A stretch of DNA of 64,000 bases from Eledone cirrhosa. Taxonomy: Eukaryota. Location of the stretch: NCBI GenBank assembly GCA_964016885.1, contig OZ024744.1, positions 6,882,001 through 6,946,000 of the forward strand, in the 5' to 3' direction. Shown here one piece after another: positions 52,732 through 64,000 of the stretch (position 1 is its first letter; the number at the start of each line of letters is the position of its first letter). The position numbers and the translations under genes are program-made. The notes beneath the pieces were generated by a model. The model searched no databases and was not told where the DNA came from. It saw only the letters and a list, made by a program, of their open reading frames with translations.

Positions 52732-55700
52732 GTAGGTGTGGTGCAGTAACGATTATGTCTACTGCAGTATTGCACTAAGGTAGGCGTGGTGCAGTACCGG
52801 TTATGTCTACTGCAGTATTGCACTGATGTAGGTGTGGTGCAGTAACGGTTATTTCTACTGCAGTATTGCACTAAGTTATGTGTAGTGCAGTATCGGTTAT
52901 GTCTACAGCAGTATTGCATTGAGGTAGGTGAGGTGCAGTAATGGTTATGTCTACAGCAGTATTGCACTGATGTAGGTGTGGTGCAGTAACGGGTATGTCT
53001 ACTGCAGTATTGCACTGATGTAGGTGTGGTGCAGTAACGGTAATGTCTACTGCAGTATTGCACTGAGGTAGGTGTGGTGCAGTACCGGTTATGTCTACTG
53101 CAGTATTGCACTGATGTAGGTGTGGTGCAGTAACGGTTATGTCTACTTGAAGTATTGCACTGATGTAGGTGTGGTGCAGTAACAGTTATGTCTACTGCAG
53201 TATTGCACTGATGTAGGTGTGGTGGAATAACGGTTGTCTACTGCAGTATTGCACTGATTTAGGTGTGGTGCAGTAGCGGTATGTCTACTGCAGTATTGTA
53301 CTGATGTAGGTGTGGTGCATTAACGCTTATGTCTACTGCAGTATTGCATTGATGTAGGCGTGGTGCAGTAACGGTTATGTCTACTGCAGTATTGCACTGA
53401 TATAGGCGTGGTGCAGTAACGGTTATGTCTACTGCAGTATTGCACTGATGTAGGCGTGGTGCAGTAACGATTATGTCTATTGCAGTATTGCACTGATTAG
53501 GTGTGGTGCAGTAACGGTTATTGCTACTGCAGTATTGCACTGATGTAGGTGTGGTGCATTAACGCTTATGTCTACTGCAGTATTGCACTGAGGTAGGTGT
53601 GGTGCAGTAACCGTTATGTCTACTGCAGTATTGCACTGAGGTAGGTGTGGTGCAGTAACGGTTATGTCTACCGCAGTATTGCACTATTGTAGGTGTGGTG
53701 CAGTAACGTTTATGTCTACTGCAATATTGCACTGATATAGGTGTGGTGCAGTAACGGTTATGTCTACTGCAGTATTGCACTGAGATAGGTGTGGTGCAGT
53801 AACCGTTATGTTTACTGCAGTATTGCACTGATGTAGGTGTGGTGCAGTAACAGTTATGTCTTCTGAAGTATTGCACTGATGTAGGTGTGGTGCTGTAACG
53901 GTTATGTCTACTGCAGTATTGCAGTGAGGTAGGTGTGGTGCTGTAACGGGTATGTCTACTGCAGTATTGCATTGAGGTAATTGTGGTGCAGTACCGGTTT
54001 TGTCTACTGTAGTATTGCACTGATGTAGGTGTGGTGCAGTAACGGTTATGACTACTGCAGTATTGCACTGAGGTAGGTTTGGTGCAGTAACGGTTATGTC
54101 TACTGCAGTATTGTACTGATGTAGGTGTGGTGCAGTAACGATTATGTCTACTGCAGTATTGCACTGAGGTAGGCGTGGTGCAGTACCGGTTATGTCTACT
54201 GCAGTATTGCACTAAGTTATGTGTGGTGCAGTATCGGTTATGTCTACAGCAGTATTGCATTGAGGTAGGTGAGGTGCAGTAATGGTTATGTCTACAGCAG
54301 TATTGCACTGATGTAGGTGTGGTGCAGTAACGGGTATGTCTACTGCAGTATTGCACTGATGTAGGTGTGGTGCAGTAACGGTAATGTCTACTGCAGTATT
54401 GCACTCAGGTAGGTGTGGTGCAGTACCGGTTATGTCTACTGCAGTATTGCACTGATGTATGTGTGGTGCAGTAACGGTTATTTCTACAGCAGTATTGCAC
54501 TGATGTAGGTGTGGTGCAGTAACGGTTATGTCTACTTGAAGTATTGCACTGATGTAGGTGTGGTGCAGTAACAGTTATGTCTACTGCAGTATTGCACTGA
54601 TGTAGGTGTGGTGGAATAACGGTTGTCTACTGCAGTATTGCATTGATGTAGGCGTGGTGCAGTAACGGTTATGTCTACTGCAGTATTGCACTGATTAGGT
54701 GTGGTGCAGTAACGGTTATTGCTACTGCAGTATTGCACTGATGTAGGTGTGGTGCATTAACGCTTATGTCTACTGCAGTATTGCACTGAGGTAGGTGTGG
54801 TGCAGTAACCGTTATGTCTACTGCAGTATTGCACTGAGGTAATTGTGGTGCAGTACCGGTTATGTCTACTGTAGTATTGCACTGATGTAGGTGTGGTGCA
54901 GAAACGGTTATGTCTACTGCAGTATTGTACTGATGTAGGTGTGGTGCAGTAACGATTATGTCTACTGCAGTATTGCACTGAGGTAGGCGTGGTGCAGTAC
55001 CGGTTATGTATACTGCAGTATCGCACTAATGTAGGTGTGGTGCAGTAACGGTTATTTCTACTGCAGTATTGCACTAAGTTATGTGTGGTGCAGTATCGGT
55101 TATGTCTACAGCAGTATTGCATTGAGGTAGGTGAGGTGCAGTAATGGTTATATCTACAGCAGTATTGCACTGAGGTAGGTATGGTGCAGTAACGGTTATG
55201 TATACTCCAGTATTGCACTGATGTAGGTGTGGTGCAGTAACGGGTATGTCTACTGCAGTATTGCACTGATGTAGGTGTGGTGCAGTAACAGTTATTTCTA
55301 CTGCAGTATTGCACTGATGTATGTGTGGTGCAGTAACGGTTATGTCTACTGCAGTATTGCACTGATGTACGTGTGGTGCAGTAACGGTTATGTCTACTGC
55401 AGTATTGCACTAAGGAAGGTGTGGTGCAGTAACGGTTATGTCTACTGCAGTATTGCACTGAGGTAGGTGTCGTGCAGTAACGGTTATGTCTACTGCAGTA
55501 TTGCACTGAGATAGGTGTGGTGCAGTAACGGTTATGTCTACTGCAGTATTGCACTGATGTAGGTGTGATGCAGTAACGGTTATGTCTCCTGCACTATTGC
55601 ACTGAGGTAGGTGTGGTGCAGTAACGGTTATGTCTAATGCAGTATTGCACTGAGGTAGGTGTGGTGCAGTAACGGTTATTTCTACTGCAGTATTGCACTG

Positions 55701-58700
55701 AGGTAGGTGTGGTGCAGTAACGGTTATGCCTACTACAATATTGCACTGATGTAGGTGTGGTGCAGTAACGGGTATGTCTCTGCAGTATTACACTGATGTA
55801 AGTGTGGTGCAGTAACGGTTATGTCTACTGCAGTATTGAACTGATGAAGGTGTGGTCTAGTAAGGGTTATGTCTACTGCAGTATTGCACTGATGTAGGTG
55901 TGGTGCAGTAACGGTCATGTCTACAGCAGTATTGCACTGATGTAGGTGTGGTGCAGTAACGGTTATTTCTACTGCAGTATTGCACTGAGGTAAGTGTGGT
56001 GCATTAACGGTTATGTCTACTGCAGTATTGCACTGAGCTAGGTGTGGTGCAGTAACGGTTATGTCTACTGCAGTATTGCACTGATGAAGGTGTGGTGCAG
56101 TAAAGGTTATTTCTACTGCTGTATTGCACTGAGATAGGTGTGGTGCAGTAACATTTATGTCTACTGCAGTATTGCACTGAGGTAGGTGTGGTGCAGTAAC
56201 GGTTATGTCTACTGCAGTATTGCACTGATGTAGGCGTGGTGCAGTAACGATTATGTCTACTGCAGTATTGCACTGAGGCAGGTGTGGTGCAGTAATGGTT
56301 ATGTCTACTGCAGTATTGCACTGAGGTAGGTGTGGTGCAGTAACGGTTATGTCTACTGCAGTATTGCACTGAGGTAGGTGTGGTGCAGTAACGGTTATTT
56401 CTACTGCAGTATTGCACTGATGTAGGTGTGGTGCAGTAACGGCTATGTCTACTTGAAGTATTGCACTGAAGTAGGTGTGGTGCAGTAACAGTTATGTCTA
56501 CTGCAGTATTGCACTGATGTAGGTGTGGTGGAATAACGGTTATGTCTACTGCAGTATTGCACTGAGTTAGGTGTGGTGCAGTAGCGGTATGTCTACTGCA
56601 GTATTGCACTGATGTAGGTGTGGTGCATTAACGCTTATGTCTACTGCAGTATTGCATTGATGTAGGTGTGGTGCAGTAACGGTTATGTCTACTGCAGTAT
56701 TGCACTGATATAGGCGTGGTGCAGTAACGGTTATGTCTACTGCAGTATTGCACTGATGTAGGCGTGGTGCAGTAACGTTTATGTCTACTGCAGTATTGCA
56801 CTGATTAGGTGTGGTGCAGTAACGGTTATTGCTACTGCAGTATTGCACTGATGCAGGTGTGGTGCATTAACGCTTATGTCTACTGCAGTATTGCACTGAG
56901 GTAGATGTGGTGCAGTAACCGTTATGTCTACTGCAGTATTGCACTGAGGTAGGTGTGGTGCAGTAACGGTTATGTCTACCGCAGTATTTCACTATTGTAG
57001 GTGTGGTGCAGTAACGTTTATGTCTACTGCAATATTGCACTGATATAGGTGTGGTGCAGTAACGGTTATGTCTACTGCAGTATTGCACTGATGTAGGTGT
57101 GGTGCAGTAACGGTTATGTCTACTGCAATATTGCACTGATGTAGGTGTGGTGCAGTAACTGTTATGTCTACTGCAGTATTGCACTGATGTAGGTGTGGTG
57201 CAGTAACGGTTATGTCTTCTGAATTATTGCACTGATGTAGGTGTGGTGCAGTAACGGTTATGTCTACTGCAGTATTGCACTGAGCTAGGTGTGGTGCAGT
57301 AACGGTTATGTCTACTGCAGTATTGCACTGATGAAGGTGTGGTGCAGTAAAGATTATTTCTACTGCTGTATTGCACTGAGATAGGTGTGGTGCAGTAACG
57401 GTTATGTCTACTGCAGTATTGCACTGAGGTAGGTGTGGTGCAGTAACGGTAATGTCTACTGCAGTATTGCACTGAGGTAGGTGTGGTGCAGTACCGGTTA
57501 TGTCTACTGCAGTATTGCACTGATGTAGGTGTGGTGCACTAACGGTTATTTCTACTGCAGTATTCCACTGACGTAGGTGTGGTGCAGTAACGGTTATGTC
57601 TACTTGAAGTATTGCACTGATGTAGGTGTGGGGGAATAACGGTTATGTCTACTGCAGTATTGCACTGAGTTAGGTGTGGTGCAGCAGCGGTATGTCTACT
57701 GCAGTATTGCACTGATGTAGGTGTGGTGCATTAACGCTTTTGTCTACTGCAGTATTGCATTGATGTAGGCGTGGTGCAGTAACGGTTATGTCTACTGCAG
57801 TATTGCACTGATATAGGCGTGGTGCAGTAACGGGTATGTCTACTGCAGTATTGCACTGATGTAGTCGTGGTGCAGTAACGGTTATGTCTACTGCAGTATT
57901 GCACTGATTAGGTGTGGTGCAGTAACGGTTATTGCTACTGCAGTATTGCACTGATGTAGGTGTGGTGCATTAACGCTTATGTCTACTGCAGTATTGCACT
58001 GAGGTAGGTGTGGTGCAGTAACCGTTATGTCTACTGCAGTATTGCACTGAGGTAGGTGTGGTGCAGTAACGGTTATGTCTACCGCAGTATTGCACTATTG
58101 TAGGTGTGGTGCAGTAACGTTTATGTCTACTGCAATATTGCACTGATATAGGTGTGGTGCAGTATCGGTTATGTCTACTGCAGTATTGCACTGAGATAGG
58201 TGTGGTGCAGTAACCGTTATGTTTACTGCAGTATTGCACTGACGTAGGTGTGGTGCAGTAACAGTTATGTCTACTGCAGTATTGCACTGAGGTAGGTGTG
58301 GTGCAGTAACGGTTATGTCTACTGCAGTATTGAACTGAGGTAGGTGTGGTGCAGTAACGGTTATTTCTACTGCAGTATTGCACTATTGTAGGTGTAGTGC
58401 AGTAACGGTTATGTCTACTGCAGTATTGCACTGATGTAGGTGTGGTGCAGTAACGGTTATGTCTACTGCAATATTGCACTGATGTAGGTGTGGTGCAGTA
58501 ACGGTTATGTCTACTGCAGTATTGCACTGATGTAGGTGTGGTGCAGTAACGGTTATGTCTTCTGAAGTATTGCACTGATGTAGGTGTGGTGCTGTAACGG
58601 TTATGTCTACTGCAGTATTGCACTGAGGTAGGTGTGGTGCTGTAACGGGTATGTCTACTGCAGTATTGCACTGAGGTAATTGTGGTGCAGTACCGGTTAT

Positions 58701-61700
58701 GTCTACTGTAGTATTGCACTGATGTAGGTGTGGTGCAGTAACGGTTATGACTACTGCAGTATTGCACTGAGGTAGGTTTGGTGCAGTAACGGTTATGTCT
58801 ACTGCAGTATTGCACTGATGTAGGTGTGGTGCAGTAACGGTTATTTCTACTGCAGTATTGCACTAAGTTATGTGTGGTGCAGTATCGGTTATGTCTACAG
58901 CAGTATTGCATTGAGGTAGGTGAGGTGCAGTAATGGTTATGTCTACAGCAGTATTGCACTGATGTAGGTGTGGTGCAGTAACGGGTATGTCTACTGCAGT
59001 ATTGCACTGATGTAGGTGTGGTGCAGTAACGGTAATGTCTACTGCAGTATTGCACTGAGGTAGGTGTGGTGCAGTACCGGTTATGTCTACTGCAGTATTG
59101 CACTGATGTAGGTGTGGTGCAGTAACGGTTATGTCTACTTGAAGTATTGCACTGATGTTGGTGTGGTGCAGTAACAGTTATGTCTACTGCAGTATTGCAC
59201 TGATGTAGGTGTGGTGGAATAACGGTTGTCTACTGCAGTATTGCACTGATTTAGGTGTGGTGCAGTAGCGGTATGTCTACTGCAGTATTGCACTGATGTA
59301 GGTGTGGTGCATTAACGCTTATGTCTACTGCAGTATTGCATTGATGTAGGCGTGGTGCAGTAACGGTTATGTCTACTGCAGTATTGCACTGATATAGGCG
59401 TGGTGCAGTAACGGTTATGTCTACTGCAGTATTGCACTGATGTAGGCGTGGTGCAGTAACGGTTATGTCTACTGCAGTATTGCACTGATTAGGTGTGGTG
59501 CAGTAACGGTTATTGCTACTGCAGTATTGCACTGATGTAGGTGTGGTGCATTAACGCTTATGTCTACTGCAGTATTGCACTGAGGTAGGTGTGGTGCAGT
59601 AACCGTTATGTCTACTGCAGTATTGCACTGAGGTAGGTGTGGTGCAGTAACGGTTATGTCTACCGCAGTATTGCACTATTGTAGGTGTGGTGCAGTAACG
59701 TTTATGTCTACTGCAATATTGCACTGATATAGGTGTGGTGCAGTAACGGTTATGTCTACTGCAGTATTGCACTGAGATAGGTGTGGTGCAGTAACCGTTA
59801 TGTTTACTGCAGTATTGCACTGATGTAGGTGTGGTGCAGTAACAGTTATGTCTACTGCAGTATTGCACTGAGGTAGGTGTGGTGCAGTAACGGTTATGTC
59901 TACTGCAGTATTGAACTGAGGTAGGTGTGGTGCAGTAACGGTTATTTCTACTGCAGTATTGCACTATTGTAGGTGTAGTGCAGTAACGGTTATGTCTACT
60001 GCAGTATTGCACTGATGTAGGTGTGGTGCAGTAACGGTTATGTCTACTGCAATATTGCACTGATGTAGGTGTGGTGCAGTAACGGTTATGTCTACTGCAG
60101 TATTGCACTGAGGTAGGTGTGGTGCTGTAACGGGTATGTCTACTGCAGTATTGCACTGAGGTAATTGTGGTGCAGTACCGGTTATGTCTACTGTAGTATT
60201 GCACTGATGTAGGTGTGGTGCAGTAACGGTTATGTCTACTGCAGTATTGCACTGAGGTAGGTTTGGTGCAGTAACGGTTATGTCTACTGCAGTATTGTAC
60301 TGATGTAGGTGTGGTGCAGTAACGATTATGTCTACTGCAGTATTGCACTGAGGTAGGCGTGGTGCAGTACCGGTTATGTCTACTGCAGTATTGCACTGAT
60401 GTAGGTGTGGTGCAGTAACGGTTATTTCTACTGCAGTATTGCATTGAGGTAGGTGAGGTGCAGTAATGGTTATGTCTACAGCAGTATTGCACTGAGGTAG
60501 GTGAGGTGCAGTAATGGTTATGTCTACAGCAGTCTTGCACTGAGGTAGGTGTGGTGCAGTAACGGTTATGTATACTCCAGTATTGCACTGATGTAGGTGT
60601 GGTGCAGTAACGGGTATGTCTACTGCAGTATTGCACTGATGTAGGTGTGGTGCAGTAACAGTTATTTCTACTGCAGTATTGCACTGATGTATGTGTGGTG
60701 CAGTAACGGTTATGTCTACTGCAGTATTGCACTGATGTACGTGTGGTGCAGTAACGGTTATGTCTACTGCAGTATTGCACTGATTAGGTGTGGTGCAGTA
60801 ACGGTTATGTCTACTGCAGTATTGCACTGAGGTAGGTGTCGTGCAGTAACGGTTATGTCTACTGCAGTATTGCACTGAGATAGGTGTGGTGCAGTAACGG
60901 TTATGTCTACTGCAGTATTGCACTGATGTAGGTGTGGTGCAGTAACGGTTATGTCTCCTGCACTATTGCACTGAGGTAGGTGTGGTGCAGTAACGGTTAT
61001 GTCTAATGCAGTATTGCACTGAGGTAGGTGTGGTGCAGTAACGGATATGTCTACTGCAGTATTGCACTGAGGTAGGTGTGGTGCAGTAACGCTTATGCCT
61101 ACTACAATATTGCACTGATGTAGGTGTGGTGCAGTAACGGGTATGTCTCTGCAGTATTACACTGATGTAAGTGTGGTGCAGTAACGGTTATGTCTACTGC
61201 AGTATTGAACTGATGAAGGTGTGGTCTAGTAAGTGTTATGTCTACTGCAGTATTGCACTGATGTAGGTGTGGTGGAATAACGGTTGTCTACTGCAGTATT
61301 GCACTGAGTTAGGTGTGGTGCAGTAGCGGTATGTCTACTGCAGTATTGCACTGATGTAGGTGTGGTGCATTAACGCTTATGTCTACTGCAGTATTGCATT
61401 GATGTAGGCGTGGTGCAGTAACGGTTATGTCTACTGCAGTATTGCACTGATATAGGCGTGGTGCAGTAACGGTTATGTCTACTGCAGTATTGCACTGATG
61501 TAGGCGTGGTGCAGTAACGGTTATGTCTACTGCAGTATTGCACTGATTAAGTGTGGTGCAGTAACGGTTATTGCTACTGCAGTATTGCACTGAGATAGGT
61601 GTGGTGCATTAACGCTTATGTCTACTGCAGTATTGCACTGAGGTAGGTGTGGTGCAGTAACCGTTATGTCTACTGCAGTATTGCACTGAGGTAGGTGTGG

Positions 61701-64000
61701 TGCAGTAACGGTTATGTCTACCGCAGTATTGCACTATTGTAGGTGTGGTGCAGTAACGTTTATGTCTACTGCAATATTGCACTGATATAGGTGTGGTGCA
61801 GTAACGGTTATGTCTACTGCAGTATTGCACTGATGTAGGTGTGTTGCAGTAACGGTTATGTCTACTGCAATATAGCACTGATGTAGGTGTGGTGCAGTAA
61901 CGGTTATGTCTACTGCAGTATTGCACTGATGTAGGTGTGGTGCAGTAACGGTTATGTCTTCTGAAGTATTGCACTGATGTAGGTGTGGTGCTGTAACGGT
62001 TATGTCTACTGCAGTATTGCACTGAGGTAGGTGTGGTGCTGTAACGGGTATGTCTACTGCAGTATTGCACTGAGGTAATTGTGGTGCAGTACCGGTTATG
62101 TCTACTGTAGTATTGCACTGATGTAGGTGTGGTGCAGTAACGGTTATGTCTACTGCAGTATTGCACTGTGGTAGGTTTGGTGCAGTAACGGTTATGTCTA
62201 CTGCAGTATTGTACTGATGTAGGTGTGGTGCAGTAACGATTATGTCTACTTCAGTATTGCACTGAGGTAGGCGTGGTGCAGTACCGGTTATGTCTACTGC
62301 AGTATTGCACTGATGTAGGTGTGGTGCAGTAACGGTTATTTCTACTGCAGTATTGCACTAAGTTATGTGTGGTGCAGTATCGGTTATGTCTACAGCAGTA
62401 TTGCATTGAGGTAGGTGAGGTGCAGTAATGGTTATGTCTACAGCAGTATTGCACTGAGGTAGGTGTGGTGCAGTAACGGTTATGTATACTCCAGTATTGC
62501 ACTGATGTAGGTGTGGTGCAGTAACGGGTATGTCTACTGCAGTATTGCACTGATGTAGGTGTGGTGCAGTAACAGTTATTTCTACTGCAGTATTGCACTG
62601 ATGTATGTGTGGTGCAGTAACGGTTATGGCTACTGCAGTATTGCACTGATGTACGTGTGGTGCAGTAACGGTTATGTCTACTGCAGTATTGCACTGATGT
62701 AGGTGTGGTGCAGTAACGGTTATGTCTCCTGCACTATTGCACTGAGGTAGGTGTGGTGCAGTAACGGTTATGTCTAATGCAGTATTGCACTGAGGTAGGT
62801 GTGGTGCAGTAACGGATATGTCTACTGCAGTATTGCACTGAGGTAGGTGTGGTGCAGTAACGGTTATGCCTACTACAATATTGCACTGATGTAGGTGTGG
62901 TGCAGTAACGGGTATGTCTCTGCAGTATTACACTGATGTAAGTGTGGTGCAGTAACGGTTATGTCTACTGCAGTATTGAACTGATGAAGGTGTGGTCTAG
63001 TAAGTGTTATGTCTACTGCAGTATTGCACTGATGTAGGTGTGGTGCAGTAACGGTCATGTCTACAGCAGTATTGCACTGATGTAGGTGTGGTGCAGTAAC
63101 GGTTATTTCTACTGCAGTATTGCACTGAGGTAAGTGTGGTGCAGTAACGGTTATGTCTACTGCAGTATTGCACTGAGCTAGGTGTGGTGCAGTAACGGTT
63201 ATGTCTACTGCAGTATTGCACTGATGAAGGTGTGGTGCAGTAAAGGTTATTTCTACTGCTGTATTGCACTGAGATAGGTGTGGTGCAGTAACAATTATGT
63301 CTACTGCAGTATTGCACTGAGTTAGGTGTGGTGCAGTAACGGTTATGTCTACTGCAGTATTGCACTGATGTAGGCGTGGTGCAGTAACGATTATGTCTAC
63401 TGCAGTATTGCACTGAGGCAGGTGTGGTGCAGTAACGGTTATGTCTACTGCAGTATTGCACTGAGGTAGGTGTGGTGCAGCAACGGTTATGTCTACTGCA
63501 GTATTGCACTGAGGTAGGTGTGGTGCAGTACCGGTTATGTCTACTGCAGTATTGCACTGATGTAGGTGTGGTGCAGTAACGGTTATTTCTACTGCAGTAT
63601 TGCACTGATGTAGGTGTGGTGCAGTAACGGTTATGTCTACTTGAAGTATTGCACTGATGTAGGTGTGGTGCAGTAACAGTTATGTCTACTGCAGTATTGC
63701 ACTGATGTAGGTGTGGTGGAATAACGGTTATGTCTACTGCAGTATTCCACTGAGTTAGGTGTGGTGCAGTAGCGGTATGTGTACTGCAGTATTGCACTGA
63801 TGTAGGTGTGGTGCATTAACGCTTATGTCTACTGCAGTATTGAATTGATTTAGGCGTGGTGCAGTAACGGTTATGTCTACTGCAGTATTGCACTGATATA
63901 GGCGTGGTGCAGTAACGGTTATGTCTACTGCAGTATTGCACTGATGTAGGCGTGGTGCAGTAACGGTTATGTCTACTGCAGTATTGCACTGATTAGGTGT
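52732..64000. repeat. 15,814-bp tandem duplication, second copy (truncated by the window edge)
   Basis: Matches 36918-48186, including rare variants GCAGTGAGG (about 38108/53922), GCACTCAGG, GTAGTCGTGG (42047/57861) and AATATAGCAC. I noticed no differences by eye. Confidence 0.92.

Larger units (their letters stand above)
1..64000. repeat. Tandem satellite array of a 48-bp monomer (consensus GGTTATGTCTACTGCAGTATTGCACTGATGTAGGTGTGGTGCAGTAAC), about 1,330 head-to-tail copies, open at both window edges
   Basis: Bases 1-48 recur with period 48 to the end of the window, typically with 0-4 substitutions per monomer and rare small indels. All monomers have the same orientation. The 16-aa periodicity of every ORF in the track reflects the same unit. 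Confidence 0.99.

Noticed and set aside
1901-63797. The minus-strand ORFs as genuine CDS (Cys/Thr-rich or mucin-like proteins)
   Set aside because: They are pure translations of the repeat, overlap in two frames, and mostly start at a GTG inside the monomer. They have no unique N- or C-terminal domain and are broken by stops and frameshifts fixed in the HOR.
1-64000. CRISPR array or other repeat-spacer system
   Set aside because: There are no unique spacers, since every segment is a point variant of the same 48-mer. No leader or cas genes are present.
1-64000. Variant order as an information-bearing code or a diversity-generating cassette system
   Set aside because: The order is accounted for by descent from one HOR plus in-register deletions and duplications. 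There is no recombinase, reverse transcriptase or expression locus, and no adenine-specific mutation bias.
1-64000. Transposon insertions, inversions or G-quadruplex tracts
   Set aside because: I saw no non-satellite or reverse-oriented segment. G runs are almost all only GG, too short for canonical three-tier G4.

Overview
The whole 64 kb window is one uninterrupted, head-to-tail tandem array (satellite DNA) of a 48-bp monomer, consensus GGTTATGTCTACTGCAGTATTGCACTGATGTAGGTGTGGTGCAGTAAC (about 1,330 copies; 46% GC; + strand 65% G+T). I saw no unique sequence, inversion, transposon, RNA gene, CRISPR spacer or credible protein-coding gene. The ORF track is a by-product of a 48-bp unit with two stop-free minus-strand frames. 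The real structure lies in the variant monomers. They recur in a fixed cyclic order that defines a higher-order repeat (HOR) of about 58-62 monomers (about 2.8-3.0 kb). Most copies are shortened by in-register deletions and were then re-amplified in nested duplications with offsets of about 0.3, 1.0, 1.3, 4.0, 4.3, 6.0-6.4 and 10.9 kb, plus an apparently identical 15,814-bp duplication that runs off the right edge. A diverged subfamily is confined to about 4.6-22 kb, and the first 4 kb shares private variants with 36-45 kb. This organisation is typical of eukaryotic centromeric, pericentromeric or subtelomeric satellite, but neither the organism nor the function can be determined from sequence alone. 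I found no evidence of a novel gene system. Boundaries and counts were read by eye and from ORF-track offsets, so they are approximate.
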